From Octopus vulgaris (lineage: Eukaryota): a stretch of DNA of 64,000 bases. The stretch spans positions 119,350,001 to 119,414,000 of the forward strand of contig OX597814.1 in the NCBI GenBank assembly GCA_951406725.2. The letters run 5' to 3'. The position numbers and the translations under genes were made by a program. A model generated the notes under the pieces. The model saw only the letters and a list, made by a program, of their open reading frames with translations. It made no database searches and was not told the DNA's origin. Positions 1 to 13,030 of the stretch are shown in pieces; within the stretch, counting starts at the first letter, position 1; every line of letters begins with the position of its first letter.

Positions 1-252
1 CTGAGTTGTATATTTCCTTTGATTGTTTTTATCGTTAACTGGGGCCATGATGGAGCACTGACTTGAAGGGTTTAATGGTACAAATCGATCCCAGTACTTA
101 TTGACTCACAAAAGTACGCTTTTTTCAAAAACTGGCACTTATCTTATCAGTTCCTTTTACCGAACAATTTGGTAACGTGGTGGTGGTGATGGTGCGGTGA
201 AGTATAAAATCAATGTATGATATATATGCAAAGTATAAAAACAATATATATA

Positions 253-504
253 TTGGGTTGGTGCATAATTATTGCGGCATTTTTTCAATAAAATTTATTC
301 AACAAAAACAATAACAATAGTTAACAAAAGCATCTTTAAATGACGGTCTGACCGTCTACCAAGCAAACGGGAAGCAATCATTGAAGGAAATGGTGAATAT
401 GCTCCGGAATCATCATTCAAATATGTTTTTGTTGCATGATGTTATTGTTTTTGTTGAATAAAATTTGTTGAAAAAAAAACTGCAATAGTTATGCATCAAC
501 CCAA
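253..504. mobile_element. Mariner-derived MITE / internally deleted mariner
   Basis: TIRs TTGGGTTGGTGCATAATTATTGC...GCAATAGTTATGCATCAACCCAA (imperfect IR ~65 bp) with TA on both sides. The interior (~346-402, +) reads G-L-DRLPSKREAIIEGNGEY, resembling a mariner transposase C-terminus. Confidence 0.85.
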
Positions 505-1049
505 TATATATATACACATTCTCTGTAATAATAATAATAAAGTAAAATAGTCCCTTACTTCATTTCCCTCCATTTATCAATGATGTATACGCCGCTTTAT
601 TCGCAGTGATACATTTAGTAAACTATACAAAATACCAAGAATATTTACCATAAGTCTATGGGAATATAAGCTTTAGTAACCAAACCCATTGAGAATAGAA
701 TGTAGAACATATAAAATCGATAATACATTGATATATGTTATCATTATCAAATCAACAGAACAGTCGATAAAATATGCGACTCATACAGGTGGTGATGTTT
801 GCATTCAGAGCATTTTCAAACCGTTTGTGTGTTGGTGGAGATATCAATGAAAGCATTAACAAAGCTGTTGGTCTTCCTTTCTTAATATGCAGTGTGTTAG
901 TAGTGTTTTGTGATAACCACTTGCAGAGTTGTCATGGCAATTGTTCTCTGAATAACATAGAAGCTGACACAGTTGCTAAAAATATGCTGTGTATTGTCAT
1001 CATGCATACATAAATACATACATATACAAACACTTTGATATATACATAC

Positions 1050-1116
<67 letters not shown>

Positions 1117-1860
1117 CATATATATGCACAAAAACTAAAATAAACAAGCATATATATGTATGCTGAGTCGAAATCGGGGCTATATTTATTCCTTTTCTTT
1201 ATGTTTTTTACATAACCCCTTATATGTCCTTCTCGTGTATTTGTAGCAGTAAATTTTCTCAGGAATTTGCATCGGAAAAGTAGAGCACGTTGCATTTTGA
1301 ATGCCGTATGTCAAAACGTACAGGAATTCTACATTCTGCATTCAGGAAAATATAAATCTGTGCAATGACAGAGTAAGAAAATAAGAAAAAGGAAAAAAGA
1401 AAAACACGAAAACGCACGCTAGAAATCAGGAAGTAATTGATGGAACTATAAATAGCAGAAGCAACTCAAGAAATGGCGATTTTGAAGAGGAAATGCTACA
1501 GCTAAAGATACATATTGATGCTGATGGAATGACGAAATTTACTCTTCCTAACAAACTGCAAGCAACTCATCCGAAATTATACTAAAATCAATAAAAAAAA
1601 AGAATATAAAACAGCAAAAATAAACTTTATCCATTTTATAGTCTATTCACGTGCCCACATTGAAACACACAGACACACGCATTATTAGAATGGATTCTCC
1701 AGTGACTTCGAAGTATGAGGATCATAGAGCTAAATATAGCTGCTAAACTACCCACACAGAAGTTTTGTTTTTAATCCTGAAGTCCTGGGTTGTATAAAAT
1801 TTTGGAAATGCTGATATCAGCAATTTAGTGCAAATATTTACCACAAATTCCATGAACACC

Positions 1861-2305
1861 TGTCCTCATCTTGTTTGTTGTTAACAAAACGTTTCGGCTG
1901 ATATACCCTCCAGCCTTCTTCAGGTGTCTTGGGGAAATTTCGAAACTTGGTTCTCATTCCTAAAGTATTTTCGATGTTATTATTATTATTATTGTTGTTG
2001 TTGTTGTTCAGGTCACTGCTTGGAAATGAACTCGGAATCTTGGGGCTAGTAGCCCGCGTTCTTAAATAGTGGCTAAGATACCAAGCAGTGACCTGAGCAA
2101 TAATAATATTAATAATAATAATAATAATAATAATAATTATTATTATTATTATTATAACATCGAAAAATACCTTAGGAATGAGGACCCACGTTCAAAATGT
2201 CCCCAAGACTCCTGAAGAATGCTGGAGGGTATATCAGCTGAAACGTTGTGTTAACAACAAACAACATGAGGACAAATATCCGTCGAATGTAAATACTGTA
2301 AATAA
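1861..2305. mobile_element. Head-to-head pair of a tRNA-headed SINE-like element carrying a minimal hammerhead ribozyme
   Basis: 1861-2065 (-) and ~2067-2305 (+) are inverted copies. Layout: tRNA-like head (TAGTGGYTAAG A-box, GAGTTCATTTCC B-box-like), (AAT)n/(AAC)n spacer, then CTGAAGA-A-GGCTG..CAGCC-GAAACGTT. Confidence 0.7.
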
Positions 2306-2334
2306 CTACAATATAGAGTATATATTTATATATA

Positions 2335-2765
2335 TGGTTGACTGGACACCTTATTAGAATGAAGGATAGCAGGATCCCTAAGCAGATGCTTTATGGGGAA
2401 CTTGTGAATGGAAAGAGACCTCAGCAGAAACCAAGGCTGGGATTTATGAACTGTGTCAAGTCCTCATTAAAGGCCTGTGATGTTCACAGATGAAGGAAAC
2501 AGGTTAAGGACGGATTCGACACCTTTGAGGGATCACGTATTCTGCAAGAAGAACTTAAGCATGCTGTTCGAAAGCGTACTGCTGATGTAATGAACGGGGA
2601 AATCTTGGTGTGTAATGTTTGCAGTCGTATAAGCGTTTCAAGAGCAAGGGCCATTAGCCACCATCGGAGCCGCAAATATAAAATATAAGTTAGTCCTAGA
2701 GAGCACAATGTTCCTGAAGGCCAGCAGTGGTCTTCCTCGGTGACCAGTGGATGGCCGTCATATGT
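2335..2765 (+). mobile_element. RTE-clade LINE 3' fragment (decayed)
   Basis: Translates TGHLIRMKDSRIPKQMLYGELVNGKRPQQKPRLGFMNCVKSSLKAC and later VCNVCSRISVSRARAISHHRS, typical of an RTE/BovB ORF C-terminus. Confidence 0.85.
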
Positions 2766-2916
2766 GAAAGAGCTATAAGGTGTTACTGAAGCACTCAACT
2801 ATGAATCCACTTTGCCATCTCATTTTGTAACTACCGTTCTGTACACTGCTAGCGCTTCGCTCTAAAATCTATCGAGTTCTACACCAGGTTTTTAGTATTG
2901 CAGTGCCCACGCGACA

Positions 2917-3144
2917 GGCGGCGAGCAGGCAGAATCGTTAGCATGGAGGGCGAAATGCTTAGCGGTATTTCGTCTGCCGTTACGTTCTGAGTTCAAATTC
3001 CGCCGAGGTCGACTTTGTCTTTTATCCTTTCGGGGTCGATAAATTAAGTACCAATTACGCACTGGGGTCGATGTAATCGACTTAATCCCTTTGTCTATCC
3101 TTGTTTGTCCCCTCTATGTTTAGCCCCTTGTGGGAAATAAAGAA
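2917..3144 (+). mobile_element. tRNA-derived SINE family A (Nin/Deu-like central domain), full length
   Basis: GGCGGCGAGC..GCAGAATCGTTAG head, GAGTTCAAATTCC B-box, TTTATCCTTTCGGGGTCGATAAATTAAGTACC core; at least five other copies in the window. Confidence 0.85.
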
Positions 3145-4321
3145 TTAAATACCCAAGAGAAATATATATCTATATGATTTACTGGACTAATTCTTTCCAT
3201 GAAAATACTAGCCGGTTCTGTGCTATACACAATTCAAGTGAAATTATAAATGGCAACGTAAAACTATGCTCATTGGCTCACATATGCCTTGTGTATGTTG
3301 CACATAAAATGAAGATGTGAGAATCGGCTCAAAATGAACTAAAGGAAGATAATTCGCGCATCCAAATAAAATAGTTACTTCAAAGAATATAATTGGGGGT
3401 TGAACATTGAAGTTAAAAGAGTGTAATAATTAAAAGAGTGATAACATTAAAGTTAGCGTAATTTTAAGGAGAAGTGGATAACTTAGATATTTCTAGATGA
3501 AAGAGTAGTAAATGTAATTGAATAAAAATTGTTAAATGGGAGTAATTAAAAATAGGGATGCCATAAACGATAGCTAATGTCGAACAAGAAAATTCCCGTT
3601 AGTGATAATCAAAGGGACGTAATTCATTACAAGGGGAGTAATTAAATTCACAAATTACAGACTTGAAGCTTGAAGTCAAGATAAAGTATCTTAGCAATAT
3701 AACCGCATATATTCTTAGTATAATCACGCGATTACTTTGGATAAATTTATATAAAGTGACTTGAGCGGAATCAATCCTGCAACGTGTACGTATAATTTCT
3801 CATTCTACTAGCGCAATATTTCTTTGTAATTGTGAATTACTTCATTCATGTAACACAGTATTAGAGATATTATTGCGAATTATCTTAATTATCTTCATTT
3901 TCTACAGCGTCATAACATGATTTTATGAGCATATCTCACGCGATCTGAGTCAGCTAATGAAGTGATGGTCGGGCTTTATCTCGAATATCAATTAAATTGC
4001 GCTTTTTATAAAACCTTACAGTCTTCTAACGCATACAAGACACTGAACGTACAAATATCAGCTTATATGGTATCGAGAATATATATATATATGTTAGAAT
4101 GTTTGGAGATGATGTACAGGTATTTTATATTAGAAGAAATGAGGTACTCAGAAATTCGGATTGTTTTATATTTACAGATATTTATTTGTATATTACATGT
4201 ATTTATACATCATATATCATATATTAGCGCTTTCGTCCATTCTATTGGAGTTGTCAAATTGAAGTAAGTATTTGGAGAAAATTTGACTATTTTTATAGTG
4301 TTATTGAGTGTGTAGTTATAT

Positions 4322-4358
<37 letters not shown>

Positions 4359-5482
4359 CACTCTCCATATATATATGTTCGTATGTTTCTATAAAAATGC
4401 ATATATTTAATCCACTACATGCCTTATTTTCTCTTGTATCGGTGCCATCTCATCAGTTTTCTTCACTTCAATGGCCGCTCATCAAAACCATTTCTGGTGA
4501 TTTTTACTCTGTTTCTTGTTTTCTTTCTCGTATAGCGTTTCTCTTCTGCATATAGTTGAAGATAATTTATGCAATGCTAACCGAAACTTCTTTGTTTTCT
4601 CTCTGAAGAAAAGCAACGCCCGAAAAGTCAAAGTAACCGTCAATCTCATATGCATTAATTTTTTTTAATTAACATGTATTATTAAATGGCTTTCGTAGAC
4701 GAAAACTACACCAATTTCATGGACGATGTACTCTAACTTCTTAAACATTAAAATTTTGTCGCTACCATTGTTTAGTGCAAGTCAGCTAGAGGAAGCAGAC
4801 GTATTCTTTTAATTTGTTGCGATTTTTGCCAGGGCGAAGTTCTTCAAAAGACACGAACAGCAACCTGGAATGACCTTCAAGGGAAGTGCAATCGACACGG
4901 TTATGTTCTGAAACGGTGAATATTATGTTCTGAAACGGTGAATATTACAAGACTCAATTGGTGCATGATTCTGAAGACCCTGTTTATAGAATAATTGCAG
5001 GTTTGGTGTGAAGCATGCGGATTATGTTTGGTAATAAGTATCAGGCTTAAAAAATATGCACAGGGGTCGATTTAACTGCAGTCCAATGATTGAAACAAAC
5101 AAGTAAGAGATAACAGTACTATATAACAGACTAAAGTTTAGACCATTGAGACAGTATCATCAGTTACACACTACATTTAATTGAGAGTTAGTAATCCAAG
5201 TAGTGGGAGAGAGCTGACGGCCATAAGCAGGCAATGTTGATGATGAAATCGCATACAAGGAATGGCTTGTTTTACTTGTACTGAATGTGACAACAGTATT
5301 CCTACCTAATTTCTCGAGGTGTTTGACAAAGTGTAGATACTTAATTGATAAGATTTTACGAAAGCCCCGGGCGTTCAAATATAATCAACTCCTTCAACAT
5401 AGTAGCATTTAATTAACCGAGAAAAATGAATTACGAATTATAAAACGAAAAATATTTCTTGTCAGTTGCACGAAATAGCTGA

Positions 5483-5538
<56 letters not shown>

Positions 5539-5700
5539 ATGCATACATACATGTGTGGGTGTATTTTTTTAAATACAAGATTATGAGAGATGCCATATCA
5601 GGTGATTTCACAGATTCATACGGCGTATTTGTGTACATTTAATTTAGTATGATACGCGGAGAGCGACACTCACGCATACACACGCACTTATGTGTACGTC

Positions 5701-6190
<490 letters not shown>

Positions 6191-7003
6191 TGTATATGTT
6201 TCCATCGTGTTGGAGGTTAGAAAATAGTTGTTTTGAAAGAAAATGCCCTGTGGTCTGAAGTTTCGCATTAGTTACATCGCACGTACCCCTCACGTTTTTC
6301 CTTCAAAATCAATAAAACAACTATCAAAGTTCTACAGATCACGATAATCGAATAAAGCCCCTAAAGGCCGAGCCCTCACAATGACCGCAGTCCGTTGGCA
6401 GACATTAGCGAAATAATATAATAATGAAATGATACAAATCACTAGAAATGCTACGAACTCCGTTTTTGTAAGTATTACCAAATATAGTAGTATAGTTAAA
6501 TTAACAGACAACACTGCGTCTTTGAGTCAACCTGGTATTCTGTTAAACTGTATACATCAATAACAGTTCCAATTACTCTTCAATCACTGTAGCTGAAGGC
6601 ACATAATTGTCAGTGGCTGTTGTTTCCCCGTTTCATTTGTTGTTTTTTTTTATGTTTTTCTTTTTCAGTTATCTGCCATTATAGTATTTCTCGTTTCTTT
6701 TATACGTTTGTGTTCAACAATTTTGTCCTTCTGGTAATTAAGTGCAGACAAATATTTATATACAAACGTTTAAACACAGACGCATAAATCATACATACAT
6801 GCGCATTTCTATATGTGCCTGTGCACATACGTGTGTGTGCGTGTGTGTTTTTGGGTGTGTGTACATGCATGTGTGTGTGTATTATTTTCTTCTTCCCTTG
6901 TTTCAGTGATTAAACTGTGGCCATGCTTGGACACTGCCGTGAAAAATTTTCCTACGCATATATACATACTTGTATAAATACATGCATACATACATACATA
7001 CAG

Positions 7004-7091
<88 letters not shown>

Positions 7092-7113
7092 CTGTGTCTG
7101 TGTGTGCTTGTAT

Positions 7114-7511
7114 GGAGGAGATGTTTTCTTGGGGCTATAAACATCAGTAGCATTCTCCTGTATAGGACGCCACAATTAACTGCAAATTATGTTACGGCTC
7201 CTTACTGCTACTGTTTATAACATATCTCACTCTTTTACAAGACTAGCGACAGTGAATCGCGAGAAAAATATATAGTAATTTGCGAGTGGATTGAGCTTTC
7301 ATCACTAGCTATTCATTAATACACGCTGACGATGGGTAACCACCCAGAAACACGAGTCCGTGTGTATCATTAGAGATGGAGGTGATGAAATTCCTCAGCA
7401 AATACTAATCGGACACAGACTGTATATCGATAACCAGCCGGAGAAAATGTCTTCTTGGGGGCTATAAACAACAGTAGCACTGTCCTGTGTAGGATGCCAC
7501 ACTTAATTGTC
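7114..7511 (+). mobile_element. Non-autonomous PLE / retrozyme-like element (~326 nt monomer plus ~70 nt terminal direct repeat)
   Basis: Direct repeat 7114-7182 / 7440-7509, internal HHR, flanked by (TG)n and (TA)n. Confidence 0.8.
7321..7363 (+). ncRNA. Type I hammerhead ribozyme, canonical core
   Basis: ACACG-CTGACGA-TGGGT(AACC)ACCCA-GAAAC(ACGA)GTC^CGTGT: all core residues and all three stems are intact. Confidence 0.9.
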
Positions 7512-9067
7512 ATATATATATATATATATATATAAGTTCAGTAAAATTTTAGATTCAGTTGAATATGGTACTTAAGTTAAAGGCACCAGAATTTGGTATG
7601 GTATTGTCTATAAATTTAAAATGGGGTGATTATAATCAAAATATTAATTACTACCATGTTTCTGTTGCTGAAACTTATTTCTCTGTCTACATACTTACCC
7701 TCTTTGTGATATTGGTAAATGGAATAAGTATAAAAATGAATCTTTTCAATTTAACTAAATTTATATGCAGCTGAAGATTGCTCTACATTTTAAAACTGAT
7801 GTAGTACTTACATTGTTTAATTAAATGGAGTCGCATGAAACGCTCGTACTGCATCACCTTTGGATAACCTTGTTGCTTATGCGCATATATTTATGTGCAC
7901 ATGTATTGTGTGCATATATACATATTATATATATCTGAGTAGTTAATACATATTTTGTGTGCTGTATTAAAAGAAATTTCTTTCAGTCTTCCACACCACA
8001 ATATATACGATGCACAAATCATGGTGATAATCGTCCTGTTTGTATTCGTATTTAACAACCCCGATAATATCGTAAGAATATCGAAAAGAAAAACGATCAT
8101 CCAACAAGTTTCTCAACTCACATTCTTAAATTGAAATGATTCACTAGATCTTCCTGCAGACATTAACATGTTATCTATGTAATTAAATGTATTTATAAAT
8201 TAATATATCTCGATGAATATCGTGAAATGTATGCTTATTTATAAATCAATTTCGAGACCTTTTGTTACAAGAAAATTTTCTGTGGCGATATCGAGACAGA
8301 ATGGTGAACTATAGAATTCTCTAGCTGAAAATATTGAATCAAATTCCTCAGGTATTTTCATATCTTTTGCAAAATAATTATTTAAACATAGACATATTGA
8401 CATCCGAAACTACAATCTATTTTATGAATCTTTGAGAATATGTCTCCAATTCGTCGATTTTTGAAAAACCAAATAAAAGAGATATATTAATATTCGGTTC
8501 TAAAGATCGGTTTGTTTTTGTAGAATAGCAGCGCTCTAGGCAAACATGGAGATTTCTTTTGATATGTGTGTTGGCAATTTATTTCCAACAAATAATAAAC
8601 ATAAAGTTATTTTATTATTTACGAATGACCTACAGGTATCGTATACTTTAAAAAAATACCAAGCTATATATCGTTTCCAAATAAGAGATTAAGGCGAGAA
8701 AAAAAACATTAATAGCTATCATTGATAGCCATCGATACAAATATGAACAGAAAGAAAACGTATTTATACTTACAATGATATTCATGTCTAGATGTATTTT
8801 TGTTTTTATGATGCTTTAAATGGATCGGTATATTTTTAAATGTGCATGCATCAGTCTGCATAAACAATCGTAAAATATTGGGTAGCTATGAGATCAGACA
8901 AATATACGAAGGTACGTACACATATACAGAAATAAACACAATTAAGAATATTACTGCCTATATCGGTATCTACGCTACGTGCCACTATATCAGGTAACAA
9001 ATATATCTTTGTCTACGTATTTGTACATATACAAATTTACACTGCGGCACATACTCCCTGTCTCTCT

Positions 9068-9105
<38 letters not shown>

Positions 9106-9109
<4 letters not shown>

Positions 9110-9407
9110 GCGTGGAAGGTGTTTATAAGCCATTTAAGAAACACACAAAAGCCGTTCGATTCACTTCAACATTTAAGTTTAATTTGTCAAAATATTTTCG
9201 TCGCTAAAATCCGGACTTTGTCAGTGAACAGGTCGCGGATTTTAGCGACGAAAATATTTTGACAAATTAAACTTAAATGTTGAAGTGAATCGAACGGCTT
9301 TTGTGTGTTTCTTAAATGGCTTATAAACACCTTCCACGCTGCAATTGTTTTCGTTTCAGCACACGATCTCAGATCAAATTACTTGCTATGCGAGTACATC
9401 TCCGTAA
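9106..9407 (+). mobile_element. PLE-type 3' end with inverted 5' duplication (108-bp perfect hairpin) in (TA)n
   Basis: Arms 9106-9213 / 9236-9343, unique tail to 9407; second family member at 24588-24790 (-). Confidence 0.8.
9217..9266 (+). ncRNA. Minimal type I hammerhead ribozyme, G3-C8 core variant
   Basis: TTTGTCA-GTGAACA-G-GTCGC(GGATTTTA)GCGAC-GAA-AATATT-T^TGACAAA; palindromic stem III. Confidence 0.7.
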
Positions 9408-9801
9408 TATATATATATATGTATGTATGTATAAGGTTTAGAAAAATGTCTTCTCCCCAGTCTCATCTGCGACTCTAGATACCATTAAATTCGTAAGACT
9501 TACTTCTTTGGAATGTATAAAACAAATGATACAATCATTTAGCAACTTCCGGTCGAATTATATGACAGCCAGTTATGACGTCAAGGCTGCTAATTAACGG
9601 AGTGCTTAAATAGAAAAAGCATTTAGTTCAACAGCGGTTATTGCGATGACTAGTAATACCGTTGTACCGCAGAACAGCATGTGCTTTATATTACATATGA
9701 CTGGAATATATTAGGTTTATTTTCTCTTAGTTTCTTAATTCACGAAAACATATTCAGAGCACTGTGCACATCACGATTGATGTTTTGCATTCTTATATTA
9801 T

Positions 9802-9863
<62 letters not shown>

Positions 9864-9994
9864 ACATATACATATACATATATATACATATACATATATA
9901 TACATATACACATATACATATACATATATACATATACATATATACATATACATATATACATATATATTATATACATATACATATATACATATAT

Positions 9995-10048
<54 letters not shown>

Positions 10049-10185
10049 GTATGGGCGCAGGACGTCGTGAAACGTGTACAACAGAAAAATATGAGGTACG
10101 AGTACATGGAATATGCACTACTTTTTCGAACGAATGACACAAATGGGAAACAAGACAAAGAACATAAAGAACTACTCTTCATCAG

Positions 10186-10250
<65 letters not shown>

Positions 10251-10254
<4 letters not shown>

Positions 10255-12660
10255 GAAATAGTGAAATACAAGTGGCATATTAGACATATTATAAATTTAT
10301 TATAATATAATCATACTATAGAAAGATATAACAAATAAATAAGACAAAAAACGTCCCACATTTTGCTTTGATTCATAGCCACTAGTGAGTTTATAAAAAA
10401 ATTCACATTTATGTATATGGATTTCGACAGGGTAATATTTGTCTAAAAGATCGACATGCAATGACTTCTAATTCATAAAAAAAAAAACTGATTTAAAATA
10501 TAGCTATGTCAACAAGCGTGATCGTTAATAATTTTGCAATGTAAATAAATATAAAACAAAACCATAATTCAAATAGATAAATTAAATTAAATAAACAAAG
10601 CAATTAAAACGGTCATAAAATGTTCATATGTATCTTTAACAATATTAATCTGAAGATATTTTAATCTAAAATAATCACTGCCCATTTTTATTATATAAAA
10701 TAGGTATAATAGAATTTATATGTTACGGGTTTCAGGTGTAGTAGAAAATATATTTTTAATTTCTGTATACTATTATGAAAAAAATAAACAATGATATATT
10801 TTATTCGCATACGAAATTCCTTAAGAGACTTTAATGAACGATTAAAAGTTTGCACATGCGACTGCTATTTGCTTATATATATATATATATTTGTATATGT
10901 GCATGTGTGTAGTATGGATATGTGTATATATACCTATATATATATATATATCTGTATGCATATATGTGTATGTGTGTTTGTGTGTGTGTGTGTGTCTATA
11001 TGTGCACATATGTATATATGTGTGTATATATCTATATGTATATATATGTATATTTGGATTTGTATATATGTTGAATAAATAAATGGATAAATGAATAAAT
11101 TAATGAATCAATGAATAAAAAAGTGATAATATTTATTATTAAAATTTTTTTAATTAATAGGTGCATAAGGTTGTGGTAAAATATAGTCGATGATCTGAAC
11201 ATTTTTTCTTGTAACATTTACCCAAACTTCATAAAGTGATATCATTCTGTAACTTAATTTCATCTGAGGGCAAATTTTGTTGTTAATACTACATGATTTG
11301 TAAGTTTTTATTGAAACTGAATGGTGTGTAGTTTTAAATTACGATATTAATGTGGATATTTATAATATATCAATGGATTAATAAATAAATTTATTATTAA
11401 GCACCATAATGTATTTGTCTTAAATGCAAACTATATCACTATATTCGTTGTTATATTTAAGATATAAGTTTTAATTATGATCTCATCTTTATATGAAATG
11501 ATTGTAAGTATATAAATAAAATTTAATAATAATAGTATAGAAACAATTTTTATAAAAGGCATGTGGTGATTAAAAGCATTCCTATTGTAAGTATATATTT
11601 CCGGTTATTTTTTCCCGTTAGCAATGAATGTATAGATAAATAAACATTGGTTTGCAGTGGTTATTTTCCTTTGTTAAACTAAGTAAATTTGTGTTTTTCG
11701 CTTGTTAATTACTAAGAATAATGTTTATATTAGTACAGTATAACATTAGAATAATTCTTAAATATAATTATATATCATTTTGAATAATTATGCATATGAA
11801 TATCTCTTGTAGACCCTATAATATTTACTATATAACATGGTGTTACGTTCTTGCGAAATTATGGAAATATAAAACTATTGGCTTACTTTAATTTAATTTG
11901 TTTTTTAAAACTAAGTAAAAATTTCATTATTTATTTCTGTATTATCATTTTTATGTAAGAAATAGTATAGTTTATAATAATCGTAACTTTATACATATAT
12001 TTAACATCGGCCAATGTAAAAAATACTTGAACTGACGAATCTTTGATTAAAACATGTTTTAATGAATTTTATTTGTGAATAAATTATATCCTTATTTATT
12101 TTTTCATAATACTATATATAAATTAAAAATACATTTTCCTACTCCACCTTAAATTCTTAACGTATTATATGGATTCTATTTTTTCGATTTTATATAATAA
12201 AAATGGGCAGTGATTATTTTAGATTAGAATATCATTAGATTAATATTGTTAAAGATTCATAAGAACATTTTATAACCGTTGTAATTGCTTTGTTTATTCA
12301 ATTTATATTATCTATTTGAGTTTTGATTTTGTTTTATGTTTATTATATTTTAAATTTATTAACCCTCACGCTTGTAAACATGGGTATATTCTATAACCGT
12401 CTGTTTTATGATATAGCTGTCCTTGCATGAAATATTTGTGTATTTTGTAGACACATATTTCCCTGATGAAATATATATACATAAATGTGAAATTTATATG
12501 AATTCACTAGTGGATATGAATCGAAACATTTTGTAACATATATTTATATATATTTATGCTTTATTATTTGTTATATTATATTATATTTTTATAATCTAAT
12601 TATATTATGTTATAATGTTAATAAATGTATATGTTAATTGTATTTCTCGATTTCCTTTAA
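10251..12660 (+). mobile_element. Old decayed PLE-like insertion with ~600-bp diverged inverted arms
   Basis: 10251-10845 is a diverged reverse complement of ~12040-12660; degenerate CTGATGA...GAAAC at ~12463-12528. Confidence 0.6.
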
Positions 12661-12819
12661 TATCTATTTATTGAAATTATACTATTTTAAGTTTTGATTT
12701 TTTCTCTATGATTTTGTGGTATTTAACTGGAGAGCCATTGAAAATTGGATGTTTTTCATCGTTTTGAAGGAAATTATTTTTTCCTTCGATTGAATAATTA
12801 TATATATAAATATATTGTT

Positions 12820-13030
12820 AACCCAAACATGAACAAAGTGAAAACACAACAACGCGAGGTCGTGGAACAAGTATAGTGTTATTCGACGCTCAGGAAAAGA
12901 AAGATAAAAGAACGATTTAACGTCCCGAGCGGAGCTCTTCCTCAGAAATATAGAAAAAAGGAAGAGTCCAAGGAAGGGAAGGTGGAGAATGAAAATCGCC
13001 AACGATTCACACGCGGTCACATATTGAAAT
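12820..13030 (-). mobile_element. PLE-type 3' fragment with degenerate minimal HHR (family shared with 54420-54596)
   Basis: Clear similarity to 54420-54596; the minus strand reads CTGAGGA-A-GAGC(TCC)GCTC-GGGA-CGTT, with GAAA mutated. Confidence 0.65.

Noticed and set aside
3400-3650. Loose recurrence of AAGGGAGTAATTAA-like words
   Set aside because: No consistent period could be established; may be compositional.
4901-4947. 22-bp tandem duplication
   Set aside because: Two adjacent copies without spacers; ordinary slippage. No CRISPR-like array is present anywhere in the window.
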